From an uncultured Methylomirabilota bacterium (GTDB lineage Bacteria > Methylomirabilota > Methylomirabilia > Methylomirabilales > 2-02-FULL-66-22): a stretch of DNA of 64,000 nucleotides. How positions within the stretch are numbered: the stretch's first letter is position 1; each line of letters opens with the position of its first letter. The position numbers were made by a program, and so were the translations under genes. The stretch is from contig OY970067.1 in the NCBI GenBank assembly GCA_963705305.1, positions 3,168,001-3,232,000 of the forward strand, written 5' to 3'. Shown here piece after piece: positions 1 through 9,954 of the stretch. The notes under the pieces are model-generated. The model had not been told where the DNA came from. It did no database searches and saw only the letters and a list, made by a program, of their open reading frames with translations.

Positions 1-2
1 CG

Positions 3-383
3 GAGGCGCGGCGGGCGCTGGGCCAGCAGGGGGAGGCGGAAGCCCGACGATACCTCGAACGCCGCGGCGTGCGGATTCTGGCCGTCAACTTCAGCTGCAC
101 GGCCGGCGAGATCGACCTGATCGGGCAGGACGGGGATACCCTCCTCTTCATCGAGGTCAAGACGCGCGTATCGGCGGCCTTCGGTCCGCCGCACCTGGCG
201 GTGCACCGACGCAAGCAGCGGCAGATCGCTCGGGCCGCGCAATGGTTCTTGGCGGAAAAGCGGTTGGGAGAGGTGGACTGCCGGTTCGACGTGCTGGCCG
301 TGACGTTCCCCGAAGAAAGGACCAACCCGCACATCGAGTGGGTGCGGGATGCGTTCCCGGCGGAGGGGGAGCAGCTCTTCTGA
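3..383 (+). CDS. yraN: YraN/UPF0102 family endonuclease (5' end cut by window edge)
   Basis: Frame open from position 3 (EARRALGQQGEAEARRYL...). Motifs GEIDLI, FIEVKTR and CRFDV are typical of UPF0102. Confidence 0.9.
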   Translation, partial: EARRALGQQGEAEARRYLERRGVRILAVNFSCTAGEIDLIGQDGDTLLFIEVKTRVSAAFGPPHLAVHRRKQRQIARAAQWFLAEKRLGEVDCRFDVLAVTFPEERTNPHIEWVRDAFPAEGEQLF

Positions 384-527
384 GGATCCTCGCCAGAGGT
401 ATACAGGAAGGCCGTCGCCCCGTCCGGGTATGCAATGACCAATTGCCGATGACGAATGCCCGGTGGTGGTAAGGCATGCATTGCACCTGGCCCGCCCCGG
501 GCGGAGCAACAGGTGGAGGGAACCGCG

Positions 528-986
528 GTGCGCGACATCCTGAGCGGTGTGACATTCTTCAAGGACCTCTCGCCCGAGGAGCTCGACCGTATCATCGCCA
601 TCGGCCGCGAGGTGACCTACCCCAAGGATATGGCCCTGTTCAAAGAAGGGGACCGGGGAGAGGCCCTGTACATCGTCCTGGAGGGCTCGGTCAAGATCAC
701 CAAGTCGGTGGGAGAAGCGGGGAAGGAGGCCATGGCCTTCGTGGAGCGGGGGGGATGCTTCGGCGAGATGGCGCTGATCGACGAATTTCCGCGGTCGGCG
801 ACGGCCATCGCCAACCAGGACTGCAGGATCCTGTTCTTGGACAAGGATGCATTGATCGATCTCCTCGAGCACGACCATGCCATCGCCACCAAGATCCTGT
901 GGGCCTTCTGTCGGCTGCTCTCCCTGCGCCTGCGTGAGACCAGCGACCGGATCGTTGCCCTCTCCTCCTTCTCGCGGCCGTCCTGA
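528..986 (+). CDS. Cyclic-nucleotide-binding domain protein (Crp-like, no HTH)
   Basis: LFKEGDRGEALYIVLEG...FGEMALIDEFPRSATA cNMP-binding signature; GTG start after GGAGG. Confidence 0.85.
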   Translation: MRDILSGVTFFKDLSPEELDRIIAIGREVTYPKDMALFKEGDRGEALYIVLEGSVKITKSVGEAGKEAMAFVERGGCFGEMALIDEFPRSATAIANQDCRILFLDKDALIDLLEHDHAIATKILWAFCRLLSLRLRETSDRIVALSSFSRPS

Positions 987-1159
987 ATCCGTCTTTCCAT
1001 CGGGGGAGGGGGTTCGCGCCTGCCGCGGGGATGGAGCCCGTCCGCCCATGGGATGAGGAGGCTGGCCACGCGCGGCGCGCGTTCGACACCTCCTGGTTCC
1101 TCGAGTAGAGTGAAATGCAGAGTTCAGTTTGGATCCGTCATTCCCAGTGGAGGCGTGGC

Positions 1160-2335
1160 ATGCAGAGCCCTGCATCCCCGATCGGAGATCCCCGGTCCGG
1201 TCGCCATGCCGGCCTCGTCCTCGGCGTTGCCATGGTTGCGGCGATGCTGGCAGCCGTGCCGCCGGCCCGGGCGGCCGATCAGCCGGCGGGTGCCGCCTGC
1301 CAGGAGGCCATCCCGGACCTCTACGACCGGGTGTCCCCCGCGGTGGTGTCCATCACGGCCCGGTCCATCAATCCGTATCAGCCGACCGAGCGGGTCACGC
1401 ACGTGGTGGGCTCGGGGGTGATCATCGATCCGAAAGGACTCATCCTCACCAACGCCCACGTGGTCTTCGGGCGGCAGGCCATCGTGGTGACGCTGGACGA
1501 TGGGACCAATCTGCCAGGACAGCTCGTCGGGGCCGACCCGATCTTCGATATTGCCCTGGTCCGCATCCCCGCCCCCACGTCCGGGACCCTTCCCACCGCC
1601 ACGCCGGGGGACTCGGACCACCTACGCGTGGGCGAGGAGGTCCTGGCCATCGGCAATCCGTTGGGATTGGATCAGACGCTGACGCGCGGGATCGTCTCCG
1701 GGATCAATCGGATCCTGCCCAACACCGCGCTCTCCCTGATGGAGCCGCTGATCCAGACCGATGCCCCCATCAACCCCGGCAACTCGGGGGGGCCGCTGGT
1801 CAACCGGTGCGGGGAGATCGTGGGCATCACCACGGCCATCCTGCCCGAAGCGCAGAACATCGGGTTCGCCATTCCCATCAACCTGGTCAAGAGCATGCTG
1901 CCGGAGTTGCTCCGGAATGGGCGGATCATCCGGCCCTGGCTGGGATTCCAGGCGCAGCTGGTGGGCAGGCCGCTGCGGGAGATCCTGCGCCTCCCTCTGG
2001 TGGACGGCCTCATGGTGGAGGTTGTGGATCCAGGCGGACCGGCGGAAAAGGCGGGCATCCACGGAGGGGAAGCCGAGGTGATGATCGGCGACCACACCTT
2101 CCTCGTCGGCGGCGACATCGTCACCGGCATCAACGAGATCCGGGTGAATGCTCCCGACAACCTGGTGCAAGCGATGCAAGGGCTTAAGGTGGGTATGATC
2201 GTCCGACTGACGGTCTTTAGGGACGGGACCTATCGCGAGGTCTCCTACGAGCTGCCGGAGCGGCCGCTCCTGCCGGCGGACACGCCGGGCAGAGAATCGC
2301 TCCCGATCCTGCGCGGCCTGAACCATCGCCCCTAG
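1160..2335 (+). CDS. HtrA/DegP-like serine protease with PDZ domain
   Basis: Signal peptide, LTNAHV, DIAL, QTDAPINPGNSGGPL triad motifs, C-terminal PDZ; SD GGAGG at 1149. Confidence 0.93.
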   Translation: MQSPASPIGDPRSGRHAGLVLGVAMVAAMLAAVPPARAADQPAGAACQEAIPDLYDRVSPAVVSITARSINPYQPTERVTHVVGSGVIIDPKGLILTNAHVVFGRQAIVVTLDDGTNLPGQLVGADPIFDIALVRIPAPTSGTLPTATPGDSDHLRVGEEVLAIGNPLGLDQTLTRGIVSGINRILPNTALSLMEPLIQTDAPINPGNSGGPLVNRCGEIVGITTAILPEAQNIGFAIPINLVKSMLPELLRNGRIIRPWLGFQAQLVGRPLREILRLPLVDGLMVEVVDPGGPAEKAGIHGGEAEVMIGDHTFLVGGDIVTGINEIRVNAPDNLVQAMQGLKVGMIVRLTVFRDGTYREVSYELPERPLLPADTPGRESLPILRGLNHRP

Positions 2336-2530
2336 CAGGCTGCTGAAAAAGGCCCATCTGCCGCGTTGGCGCGCTCGGGCACTCGCTGCGGCGTACCGGA
2401 AGTACGCCTTGACCCGCCTGTGGCGGGTGCCCCGCCCCGGGTACCCATCCCGAGGGATGGGTGACGCCGCCTTGCATCTGGACCTTTTTGAGCAGCCTGG
2501 GCGAAGACGAGTTTTTCAGCGTCCTGCTAG
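2332..2530. mobile_element. MITE-like element with ~19-bp terminal inverted repeats, bounded by CTAG
   Basis: Left end CTAGCAGGCTGCTGAAAAA matches the reverse complement of the right end (CTAGCAGGACGCTGAAAAA) at 17/19. An internal third end copy is at 2485-2499. No transposase. Confidence 0.75.
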
Positions 2531-2783
2531 GCCGCTGCACCCGCCGCCCACGGGCCCCCCTGCCCGTGCCCCGGTCGCGTCCTGACGGCTGCGGAGCGCC
2601 CCTCGCAAGGCTCTCTGCCGACTCATTGCAGGCCGACCCCGCCCCCTCCCTGAAGGGGGCTCGCCTTTCCCCGCGCAGTCAGGCCATCCACCGGCAGACA
2701 ACAGGGCGCGGCTGTGCTATTCTCTGCGGCCGAGTGCGGCCGTGTGTCGTCGAGGGCCGACGGCCCGGAGGAGCCTGAGGAAA

Positions 2784-4670
2784 ATGATGGTTGAACGAAG
2801 CCTCGCCGAGGTGGATTTTTCCGCCCTCTGCAGCCGGACGTTCTTCCCCTCGCCGTCGGCCTGGGAGGACCAAGTCCTCTATTCCTTGATGCTGGATCGC
2901 TTCTCTGACGGGAGCGAGGCGGGCTACAAGGGCAACTCCGGGCGCACGGTCAGGTCGGGAATGACGCCGCTGTTTGGGGCGCGGGATGCGGGAGGTGCGG
3001 TGCGGCGGCCGCAGGAGGCCGCCCGGTGGCGAGAGGCGGGGGCAGGCTGGGTCGGCGGAACCCTCCGGGGACTGGCAAGCAAGATGGGCTACCTGGCGCG
3101 GCTGGGCGTGACCGCGATTCGAGTGAGCCCGGTTTTCAGACAGGCGGCCTACGAGCGCACCTATCACGGCTATGGCGCCCAGAACTTCCTGGATGTGGAT
3201 CCGCACTTCGGCGGGCGCGAGGACCTGCGGCGTATGGTGGACGCCGCCCACCGGCACGGGATCTACGTGATCCTGGACATCGTACTTCAGCATGCGGGCA
3301 ACGTCTTCGCCTACGATCCCGGCCGGCACTGGACCTGGGACCAGCAGCGGGGAGTGTGGTACCTGGATCCCCGCTGGGACGGACGGCCCTACGCGGTGCA
3401 GGGCTTCAGGGATGCGCAGGGGCTCCCAGCCATTCCGTTTGTCGCGGCCGAGTGCCGGCCGGACGATCCGGCGTGGCCGGACGGCGCGATCTGGCCGATC
3501 GAATTCCGCGACCCCGCCCTGTTCAGCCGGCAGGGGCATCTCGTGAACTGGAATCACCGCCCCGAGTGTCTGGGGGCGGACTTCTTCGACTTCAAGGACC
3601 TTACGCTGGGCGAGGGACCCGACGAGGCGTACCGCCCCTCGCCCGCTCTCAGATTGCTCTGCCGGGTCACCGAGTTCTGGATCGCCTATGCCGATTTGGA
3701 CGGGCTCTGCGTGGGGTCGGTGAGGCATCTGGACCTGGGCGCGGTCCGCTTCCTGGCCTCGACGGTTCGCGAGTTCGCCCGGCGGCTGGGCAAGGAGCGC
3801 TTCTGGCTGATCGGCGAGATCACCGGCGACCGGGAGTCGGCGGTGGCGCTGCTGGAACAGAGCGGGCTGGACGCGGCCTCCGGGGTGGCCGGGATCCCCG
3901 ATGCGCTGGAATCGCTGAGCAAAGGCGCCGGGGATCCGCAGCGGTACTTCGAGACGTTCCGCCATTCCCTGCGGGTGCGGAAGGCCTCTCACACCTGGTT
4001 CCGCGACAAGCTCATTACCCACGTCGACGATTACGATCAGATCCGGAAGGGGCTCTGCAGGGCCCGCTTCTGCGCGGGAAGCGGCGCCTGGAAGAAGCTG
4101 GTCCTGGGCGCGCTGGCGCTCAACGTCACCACGCTGGGCATTCCGTGCATCTACTACGGCACCGAGCAGGGCTTCGACGGGGCGGGCGGCGACGACCGGT
4201 TCGTCCGCGAAGCGATGTTCGGAGGGACCTTTGGTCCCTTCCGGTCCCGCGGGCGTCACTGCTTCGATGAGGAGCATCCGATCTATCGAGCGCTGGCCGC
4301 CATCCTGGCCATCCGAAAGCAGCGGCCGATCCTGCGGCGCGGGCGCCAGTACCTGCGGGAGATCTCGGGCGACGGGGAGACGTTCGGGCTGCCGCAGCCG
4401 CTGGGGGGTGTGATGCGGTCGGTCGTTCCCTGGTCGCGCTTGCTGGACGATCAGGAAATGCTGCTGGCTGTCAACACCGATCCGGCGCGGTCCCAGACCG
4501 CCTGGGTGGTCGTGGACGCCGCTCTGCACCAAGACGGCGACCGGCTGAGGTGTCTCTACTCGACAGCGCCGCGTCAGATCGGCGAGGCGCTCCCCGTCAA
4601 GACGATCCGGCAGGGGCTGAACGCCGTCCGGCTCCGCGTCCCCGCGGCGGGGTTCGTCATCTACGAGTGA
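2784..4670 (+). CDS. Glycoside hydrolase family 13 (alpha-amylase-like) protein, catalytic region II degenerate
   Basis: LYSLMLDRFSDG, GGTLRGL, YHGYG, DIVLQH, IGEITG and GIPCIYYGTEQGF are GH13 blocks. Region II reads DGLCVGSVRH. Confidence 0.85.
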   Translation: MMVERSLAEVDFSALCSRTFFPSPSAWEDQVLYSLMLDRFSDGSEAGYKGNSGRTVRSGMTPLFGARDAGGAVRRPQEAARWREAGAGWVGGTLRGLASKMGYLARLGVTAIRVSPVFRQAAYERTYHGYGAQNFLDVDPHFGGREDLRRMVDAAHRHGIYVILDIVLQHAGNVFAYDPGRHWTWDQQRGVWYLDPRWDGRPYAVQGFRDAQGLPAIPFVAAECRPDDPAWPDGAIWPIEFRDPALFSRQGHLVNWNHRPECLGADFFDFKDLTLGEGPDEAYRPSPALRLLCRVTEFWIAYADLDGLCVGSVRHLDLGAVRFLASTVREFARRLGKERFWLIGEITGDRESAVALLEQSGLDAASGVAGIPDALESLSKGAGDPQRYFETFRHSLRVRKASHTWFRDKLITHVDDYDQIRKGLCRARFCAGSGAWKKLVLGALALNVTTLGIPCIYYGTEQGFDGAGGDDRFVREAMFGGTFGPFRSRGRHCFDEEHPIYRALAAILAIRKQRPILRRGRQYLREISGDGETFGLPQPLGGVMRSVVPWSRLLDDQEMLLAVNTDPARSQTAWVVVDAALHQDGDRLRCLYSTAPRQIGEALPVKTIRQGLNAVRLRVPAAGFVIYE

Positions 4671-4760
4671 CGGCTGACGGCGCCAAGACGCGGCGGCAAG
4701 CGGGAGTGCCCCCGGCTGCTCTGGGCCTGAGGGAGCCTTCCGTGCGACCGGAGGACGGAG

Positions 4761-5775
4761 GTGGTGAGTGCCATGACCCCCAAGGCGCGCTTCCTGGCGG
4801 GAATCCTGGGCGAGCGGGCGGACCGGACGCCCGTCGGCAGTCCGACCTCGGTGGCCACGCTGGATCAGATGCGGCTCACCGGCTCCGCCTTTCCGGCGGT
4901 CCACCTGGACGGGGCCGGAATGGCCAGACTGGCGATGGGCGCCCACGAGATCCTGGGCTACGACGCCATCATGCCGGTATTCAGCGTCGTTCAGGAGGCT
5001 GCGGCCCTGGGTTGCCAGGTGGACTGGGGGACGATCGACTCGATGCCGGACGTTCCGGACGCATCCCTGGACGGATCCCGAGGAGATCCGCATTCCCGGC
5101 GATTTCCTGGAGCGGCCCCCCATCCGCGCGGTCCTGGAGGCCATTCGGGCTCTCCGGGATGCGTATGGGGATCGGGTGGCCGTCATCGGCAAGGTGATGG
5201 GACCCTGGACGCTGTCGTATCACCTGCACGGCCTCGAAGATTTTCTGGCCGAGACGCTCCTCGAGCCCGACAAGGTGCGGCGCTTTCTGGACGGCCTCAA
5301 GGCCGTGCCCGTCCTGTTCGGGCGGGCACAGCTCGCCGCCGGGGCCGACCTCCTCTGCCTGGCGGATCACGCCACGGGGGACCTCGTGCGAGGCAGCGCG
5401 TACCGCGACTTCCTCCAGCCCATCCACCGGGAGCTGCTGGGGGAGCTGCGCGCGCCGGTCGTGCTCCATATTTGCGGCGACACGCTCGACCGCATCGGAC
5501 ACATCGCCGATGCCGGCTTTCCCGCGTTCCACTTCGACTCGAAAGTGGACACGGCCCGGGCCGTGCGGGCGGCGGGCGGACGCCTGTCGCTGGTCGGCAA
5601 CGTGAACAATCCCGAGGTCCTGTATCGTGGGACGCCGGATAGCGTAGCACGGCAGGCCCGCTCCGCGATGGAAGCCGGTGTTCGGGTGGTGGCGCCGGAG
5701 TGCGCCGTGCCGCTCGGCACGCCGCTCGAGAATCTCCGCGCAATCCTGCAGGCGGTGCGGCCGTCCGCCTCTTGA
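4761..5775 (+). pseudogene. MtaA/CmuA-type methylcobamide methyltransferase (UroD superfamily) with +1 frameshift
   Basis: N-part (SVVQEAAALGC) joins C-part (GKVMGPWT, LHICG, GNVNN, APECAV) if one base is removed at 5053-5056. Could be a sequencing indel. Confidence 0.8.
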
Positions 5776-6039
5776 CGGCGCGGGTGGTCGGATGGGGCCG
5801 GCTGGTCGAGGGAGACGACCCGGCCGGCGCCCGGCGGATCCGGGCCTATGTCGTTCGACCCGGACCTCGCGGCGTTTGGGGTTGACAGGTTCGGGGGCCT
5901 TGGGTAGCGTCCCAGACCAGAATCCCGGCGTGGCGCCTGCTGTGCGGCCGGAGACCGCCGGGAGGGAGCCGTGTCCGGCAGGGTCAAGCGGTCTTCGAGC
6001 CGGGAAGCCGGCGGTTGCGGCGAAAGGAGACAAATCCAC

Positions 6040-7014
6040 ATGGCACGCGTACCGAGATTCGAGGTGATCGAGAAGTGGGAGAAGCTTCCGGCCGGATACG
6101 TCCATCGGGATGTGGACGGCGTGGCCGTGGATTCCAGGGATCGGGTCTACCTGATGACGCGGGGCGACGCCCGGGTCCTGGTCTATGACCGGGATGGGAA
6201 CTTCGTCATGTCCTGGGGCGAGAATATCTTCACGCCGCGGACCCACGGCATCACCATTGGGCCGGACGACTCCGTCTACACCGTGGACGACGGCGATCAC
6301 ACCGTGCGAAAGTTCACCGCCGACGGCAAGCCGCTCATGATGATCGGCACGCCCGGCGAGGCCTCCGACACCGGCTACGACAAGAAGACCCTGCAGAGCA
6401 TCCAGCGCGGCGGGCCGCCGTTCAACCGGCCCACCACCGTGGGCCTGGCACCGGATGGCGAGCTGTACGTTTCGGACGGGTACGGGAACGCCCGGGTGCA
6501 CCGGTTTTCCCCTGACGGCAAGCTGATCCGATCCTGGGGCGAGCCGGGCACCGGCCCGGGCCAGTTCCACCTGCCGCACTCCGTGCGCGTCGCCCCCGAC
6601 GGCCGCGTTCTGGTGGCCGACCGCGAGAACGATCGGATCCAGATTTTCAGCCGGGATGGACGGTTCCTGGAGGAATGGACCCACGTCCAGCGACCCACCG
6701 ACATCTGCATCGACCGCGACGGCCTGGTATATGTCTCCAATCTGTGGTGGCGAGTGGGCCAGGCCTCTTTCGTCCGCGGCCCGATCCGGTACGACCTGCC
6801 CGGGGGGCTGACCATTCTGGATCTTCAGGGGAACGTGCTGTTCCGCTGGTGCAGTGCCGATCGGTGCGCGCCCGGCGCGTTCATCGCGCCCCATTGCCTG
6901 GCCGTGGACTCGCGGGGCGATCTGTACGTGGGGGAGGTGACCCATACCTTCGCCGTCCAGTTCAATCAGGTCCCGCCCGACGCCCACACCTTCCAGAAGT
7001 TCGTGAGGAAGTAG
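6040..7014 (+). CDS. NHL-repeat beta-propeller, peptidyl-alpha-hydroxyglycine lyase (PAL)-like
   Basis: Repeats such as LYVSDGYGNARV and GQFHLPHSV..VADRENDRIQIF; SD AAGGAG. Confidence 0.85.
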   Translation: MARVPRFEVIEKWEKLPAGYVHRDVDGVAVDSRDRVYLMTRGDARVLVYDRDGNFVMSWGENIFTPRTHGITIGPDDSVYTVDDGDHTVRKFTADGKPLMMIGTPGEASDTGYDKKTLQSIQRGGPPFNRPTTVGLAPDGELYVSDGYGNARVHRFSPDGKLIRSWGEPGTGPGQFHLPHSVRVAPDGRVLVADRENDRIQIFSRDGRFLEEWTHVQRPTDICIDRDGLVYVSNLWWRVGQASFVRGPIRYDLPGGLTILDLQGNVLFRWCSADRCAPGAFIAPHCLAVDSRGDLYVGEVTHTFAVQFNQVPPDAHTFQKFVRK

Positions 7015-7499
7015 CGGCTCGGGGTGCCGGCTGTGCGGCGCGGGCCGGCGCCTTGCGGGAGACTCCACACGGGGAGGGGCGATGACAGGTGGCTCCTCCC
7101 GGTTCCGCTTGGTCGGCCGTCCCCCGACGCCCCGACCGGCGGGGCCGCAAGGGATAACCGTTCCGAAGCTCCCAATCTGTCGATCCGGCCGAACCGCTGC
7201 ACCGGCCCGAATCCCCTTGACCGGAAAGCAAAAAACGGGAGGGGGCTTCCGGCCGGTCGGGCAGGGTCCGGCAACTGGCACGACGCGTGGCGGGGGCTCG
7301 TTCCGGGGGCGGCTTGGCAGATCAGCCTTCGTTCCCGGGAAGGCGAGGGTGGTTCGGGGGGGCCCGTTGGCGCCGGCCTGCGGCGCGCAGGAATCGGCAT
7401 CGAGAGGAAGGTGGCAGGCCCGGAGAGCTAGAAGACGACCGCCTCCCCCCTACCCATCGAGCGGATGGAACAGGAGGACTTCTTCGCCCGGGATGTCTC

Positions 7500-8213
7500 T
7501 CATTCTTCGCCGAGGTAGTACTTGCGGACGCTCTCGTTGTCGATTAGCTCCCTCGCTGTTCCGGTCAGGGTGATCTCCCCATTTACCATCACGTATCCCC
7601 GGTGGGCGACGGTAAGGGCTGCCTTTGAATTCTGCTCGACGAGCAAAATGGTCGTGCCATCCTGATTGATTTTCCTGATGGTGGCGAAGATGTCCTTGAC
7701 GATGAGCGGCGCCAGCCCAAGGGACGGCTCGTCCATCAAAAGGAGCTTGGGGCTAGACATGAGCGCTCTGCCCACTGCGAGCATCTGCTGCTCTCCACCG
7801 CTCAGCGTCCCGGCCTCTTGACCCTGCCGCTCCTTGAGTCGCGGAAAGAGGGCATAGACGTAGTCCAGGCCCCGCTCGAGTTTCCGCTCCTTGCTGAAGG
7901 CACCCAGGAAGAGATTTTCTTTGACCGTAAGCTTCGGGAAGACGTGGCGTCCCTCCAGGACGTGCGTAATGCCGGTGAGGGCAATCCGTTCGGCCCGTTT
8001 GCTGGCAATGCTCTCGTTCTCGAAGAGGATGCGCCCTTTCGTGGGGCGCCGAAGCAGGCCCGAGATGCAGCGGAGCGTGGTCGTTTTTCCTGCGCCATTC
8101 GAGCCGAGGATGGCGACAATCTCTCCGGGCGCCACCGTGAGGTGGATGCCCTTCAGGGCGTGATTGGCCCCGTAATAAAAATGGAGGTTTTCGATGGCGA
8201 GGAGGGCGCTCAT
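7500..8213 (-). CDS. livF: Branched-chain amino acid ABC transporter ATP-binding protein
   Basis: GSNGAGKTT, LSGGEQQM, DEPSLGLAP, LLVEQN. Confidence 0.93.
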   Translation of the reverse strand: MSALLAIENLHFYYGANHALKGIHLTVAPGEIVAILGSNGAGKTTTLRCISGLLRRPTKGRILFENESIASKRAERIALTGITHVLEGRHVFPKLTVKENLFLGAFSKERKLERGLDYVYALFPRLKERQGQEAGTLSGGEQQMLAVGRALMSSPKLLLMDEPSLGLAPLIVKDIFATIRKINQDGTTILLVEQNSKAALTVAHRGYVMVNGEITLTGTARELIDNESVRKYYLGEE

Positions 8214-8217
8214 CGGG

Positions 8218-8970
8218 CTACTCGGTCCCCAGGTACGCTTCGATCACGGCCGGATTCCGCTGCACTTCCTCAGGCGTTCCGACGGCGATACATTTGCCAT
8301 AGTTCATGACATACACGGTTTCCGCCATGCCCATGACGATCTTCATATCGTGCTCGACCAGGAAGATGGTCTTGCCGCGCTCCCGGATCCGCACGATGAC
8401 ATCTCGTAGCTCGGCCTTCTCCCGCGCGTTCATCCCCGCCACCGGTTCGTCCAGCAGGAGGAGGTGCGGATCGCTGGCCAGCGCCCGCGCAATTTCAAGG
8501 CGCTTCTGCTCGCCGTACGGGAGATTCGCCGCACACTCGGAGGCCTTGAGCCCCAGGCCGACGAACTCGAGGATCTCGTGGGCCTTTTGCTCGATCTCCT
8601 GCTCTTCCCGGCGCTGCCGCGGCGTCCGCAGCAGGTTCCGGACAATCCCGCAGGTGGCGCGCGTATGGCGCCCGACGCGCACGTTGTCGAGAACGGTCAT
8701 CCCGCTGAATAGCCGAATGTTCTGATACGTCCTGGCGATTCCGATCGCGTTGATGCGGTGAGGCTTCATCCCGGCGATGTTCCGGTTCCGAAAGCGAATG
8801 GTCCCCGCCATGGGAGCGTAGACCCCACTGATCAAGTTGAAAGCGGTGGTTTTCCCGGCCCCATTTGGTCCGATCAGCGCGATGATGCTCTTCTCTGCGA
8901 CGCGGAGGGACAGCTGATCGACGGCGACAAGCCCCCCGAACCGCAGGACGACGCCTTCAAGGGTCAGCAC
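8218..8970 (-). CDS. livG: Branched-chain amino acid ABC transporter ATP-binding protein
   Basis: FGGLVAVD, GPNGAGKTT, LPYGEQKRLEIARALA, VEHDM, VIEAYLG. Confidence 0.93.
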   Translation of the reverse strand: MLTLEGVVLRFGGLVAVDQLSLRVAEKSIIALIGPNGAGKTTAFNLISGVYAPMAGTIRFRNRNIAGMKPHRINAIGIARTYQNIRLFSGMTVLDNVRVGRHTRATCGIVRNLLRTPRQRREEQEIEQKAHEILEFVGLGLKASECAANLPYGEQKRLEIARALASDPHLLLLDEPVAGMNAREKAELRDVIVRIRERGKTIFLVEHDMKIVMGMAETVYVMNYGKCIAVGTPEEVQRNPAVIEAYLGTE

Positions 8971-9944
8971 GGCTCGCTCCCCTGCCTCCGGAGGCCGGCC
9001 TTGAGGACCCGCAGTACGTCCAGCCCCCGAGAGATACCGCCCGGCACGTAGACAATGATGAGGAGGAGGAACACGCCGTAGGCCAGCGTCTGATAACTCT
9101 CAAGTTTCTGGAGAAACTCGGCGACGACAGAGAGGCCCGTCGCGCCGAGGATAGGGCCCCAGAAATTTCCCATCCCGCCGAAAAGAAGCATGGTGAGGAA
9201 AATGATGGATTGGTTCAGGACAAAGGTCTCCGGACTGATGAATCCGATCAGGTGGGCATAAAGGGCGCCGCCGATGCCCGCGTAGAAAGCGCTGACCGCA
9301 AAGGCCATGGTCTTGTATTTCGTCACGTTCACGCCCATGCCGTCGGCGGCGTGGGCATCCTCCCGGATGGCGATGAAGGCACGGCCGGTCCGGGACCCGA
9401 TCAAGCGTTGCTTGGCTATAAGCAGAAGGACCAAGGCGCCATAGACCAGATAGTAGTAGGCCGTGTTCGACTCGAAGACAAAATCGCCCACCCGAGGCCG
9501 CGGAATGAAATTAATCCCCGAGAAGCCTTCGGTGAGCCCCCGCGCCTGGGCGACGAACAGATATGTGAGCTGCCCGAAGGCGATGGTGACGAGCGCGAGG
9601 AAATGATGGACCAGCTTCACGGCCGGCAAGGCGAGGAGGATGGCCACCAGGGTCGCCAGAAGGCCCCCGACCACGATGGTCAGGAACACCGGCCACGCCA
9701 ATTTGAGCGAGAGGATCGCCGACGTATACGCACCGATACAATAGAACCCCGCATGGCCCAGGGAGATCTGGCCGGAATAGCCGAAGAGAATGTCCAGTCC
9801 CGCCACGACGATGATCGAGATGCCCGTCGTGCAGAGCAGCAGCACAAGATAGGAATCGGAGAGAAACATCAGAGGCAAGAGCGCGCCGAGCACCGTCAGG
9901 ATCGTCATGGCCCACGTGCGGCCGGGAAGGCTCCGACCAATCAT
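8964..9944 (-). CDS. livM: Branched-chain amino acid ABC transporter permease
   Basis: GYSGQISLGHAGF, SRTGRAFIAIRE, multiple TM helices, operon position. Confidence 0.9.
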   Translation of the reverse strand: MIGRSLPGRTWAMTILTVLGALLPLMFLSDSYLVLLLCTTGISIIVVAGLDILFGYSGQISLGHAGFYCIGAYTSAILSLKLAWPVFLTIVVGGLLATLVAILLALPAVKLVHHFLALVTIAFGQLTYLFVAQARGLTEGFSGINFIPRPRVGDFVFESNTAYYYLVYGALVLLLIAKQRLIGSRTGRAFIAIREDAHAADGMGVNVTKYKTMAFAVSAFYAGIGGALYAHLIGFISPETFVLNQSIIFLTMLLFGGMGNFWGPILGATGLSVVAEFLQKLESYQTLAYGVFLLLIIVYVPGGISRGLDVLRVLKAGLRRQGSEPC

Positions 9945-9954
9945 GCGGCGGTCC

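Noticed and set aside
7015..7499. ncRNA or riboswitch in the NHL-livF convergent spacer
   Set aside because: GC-rich hairpins only; no family consensus recognised.
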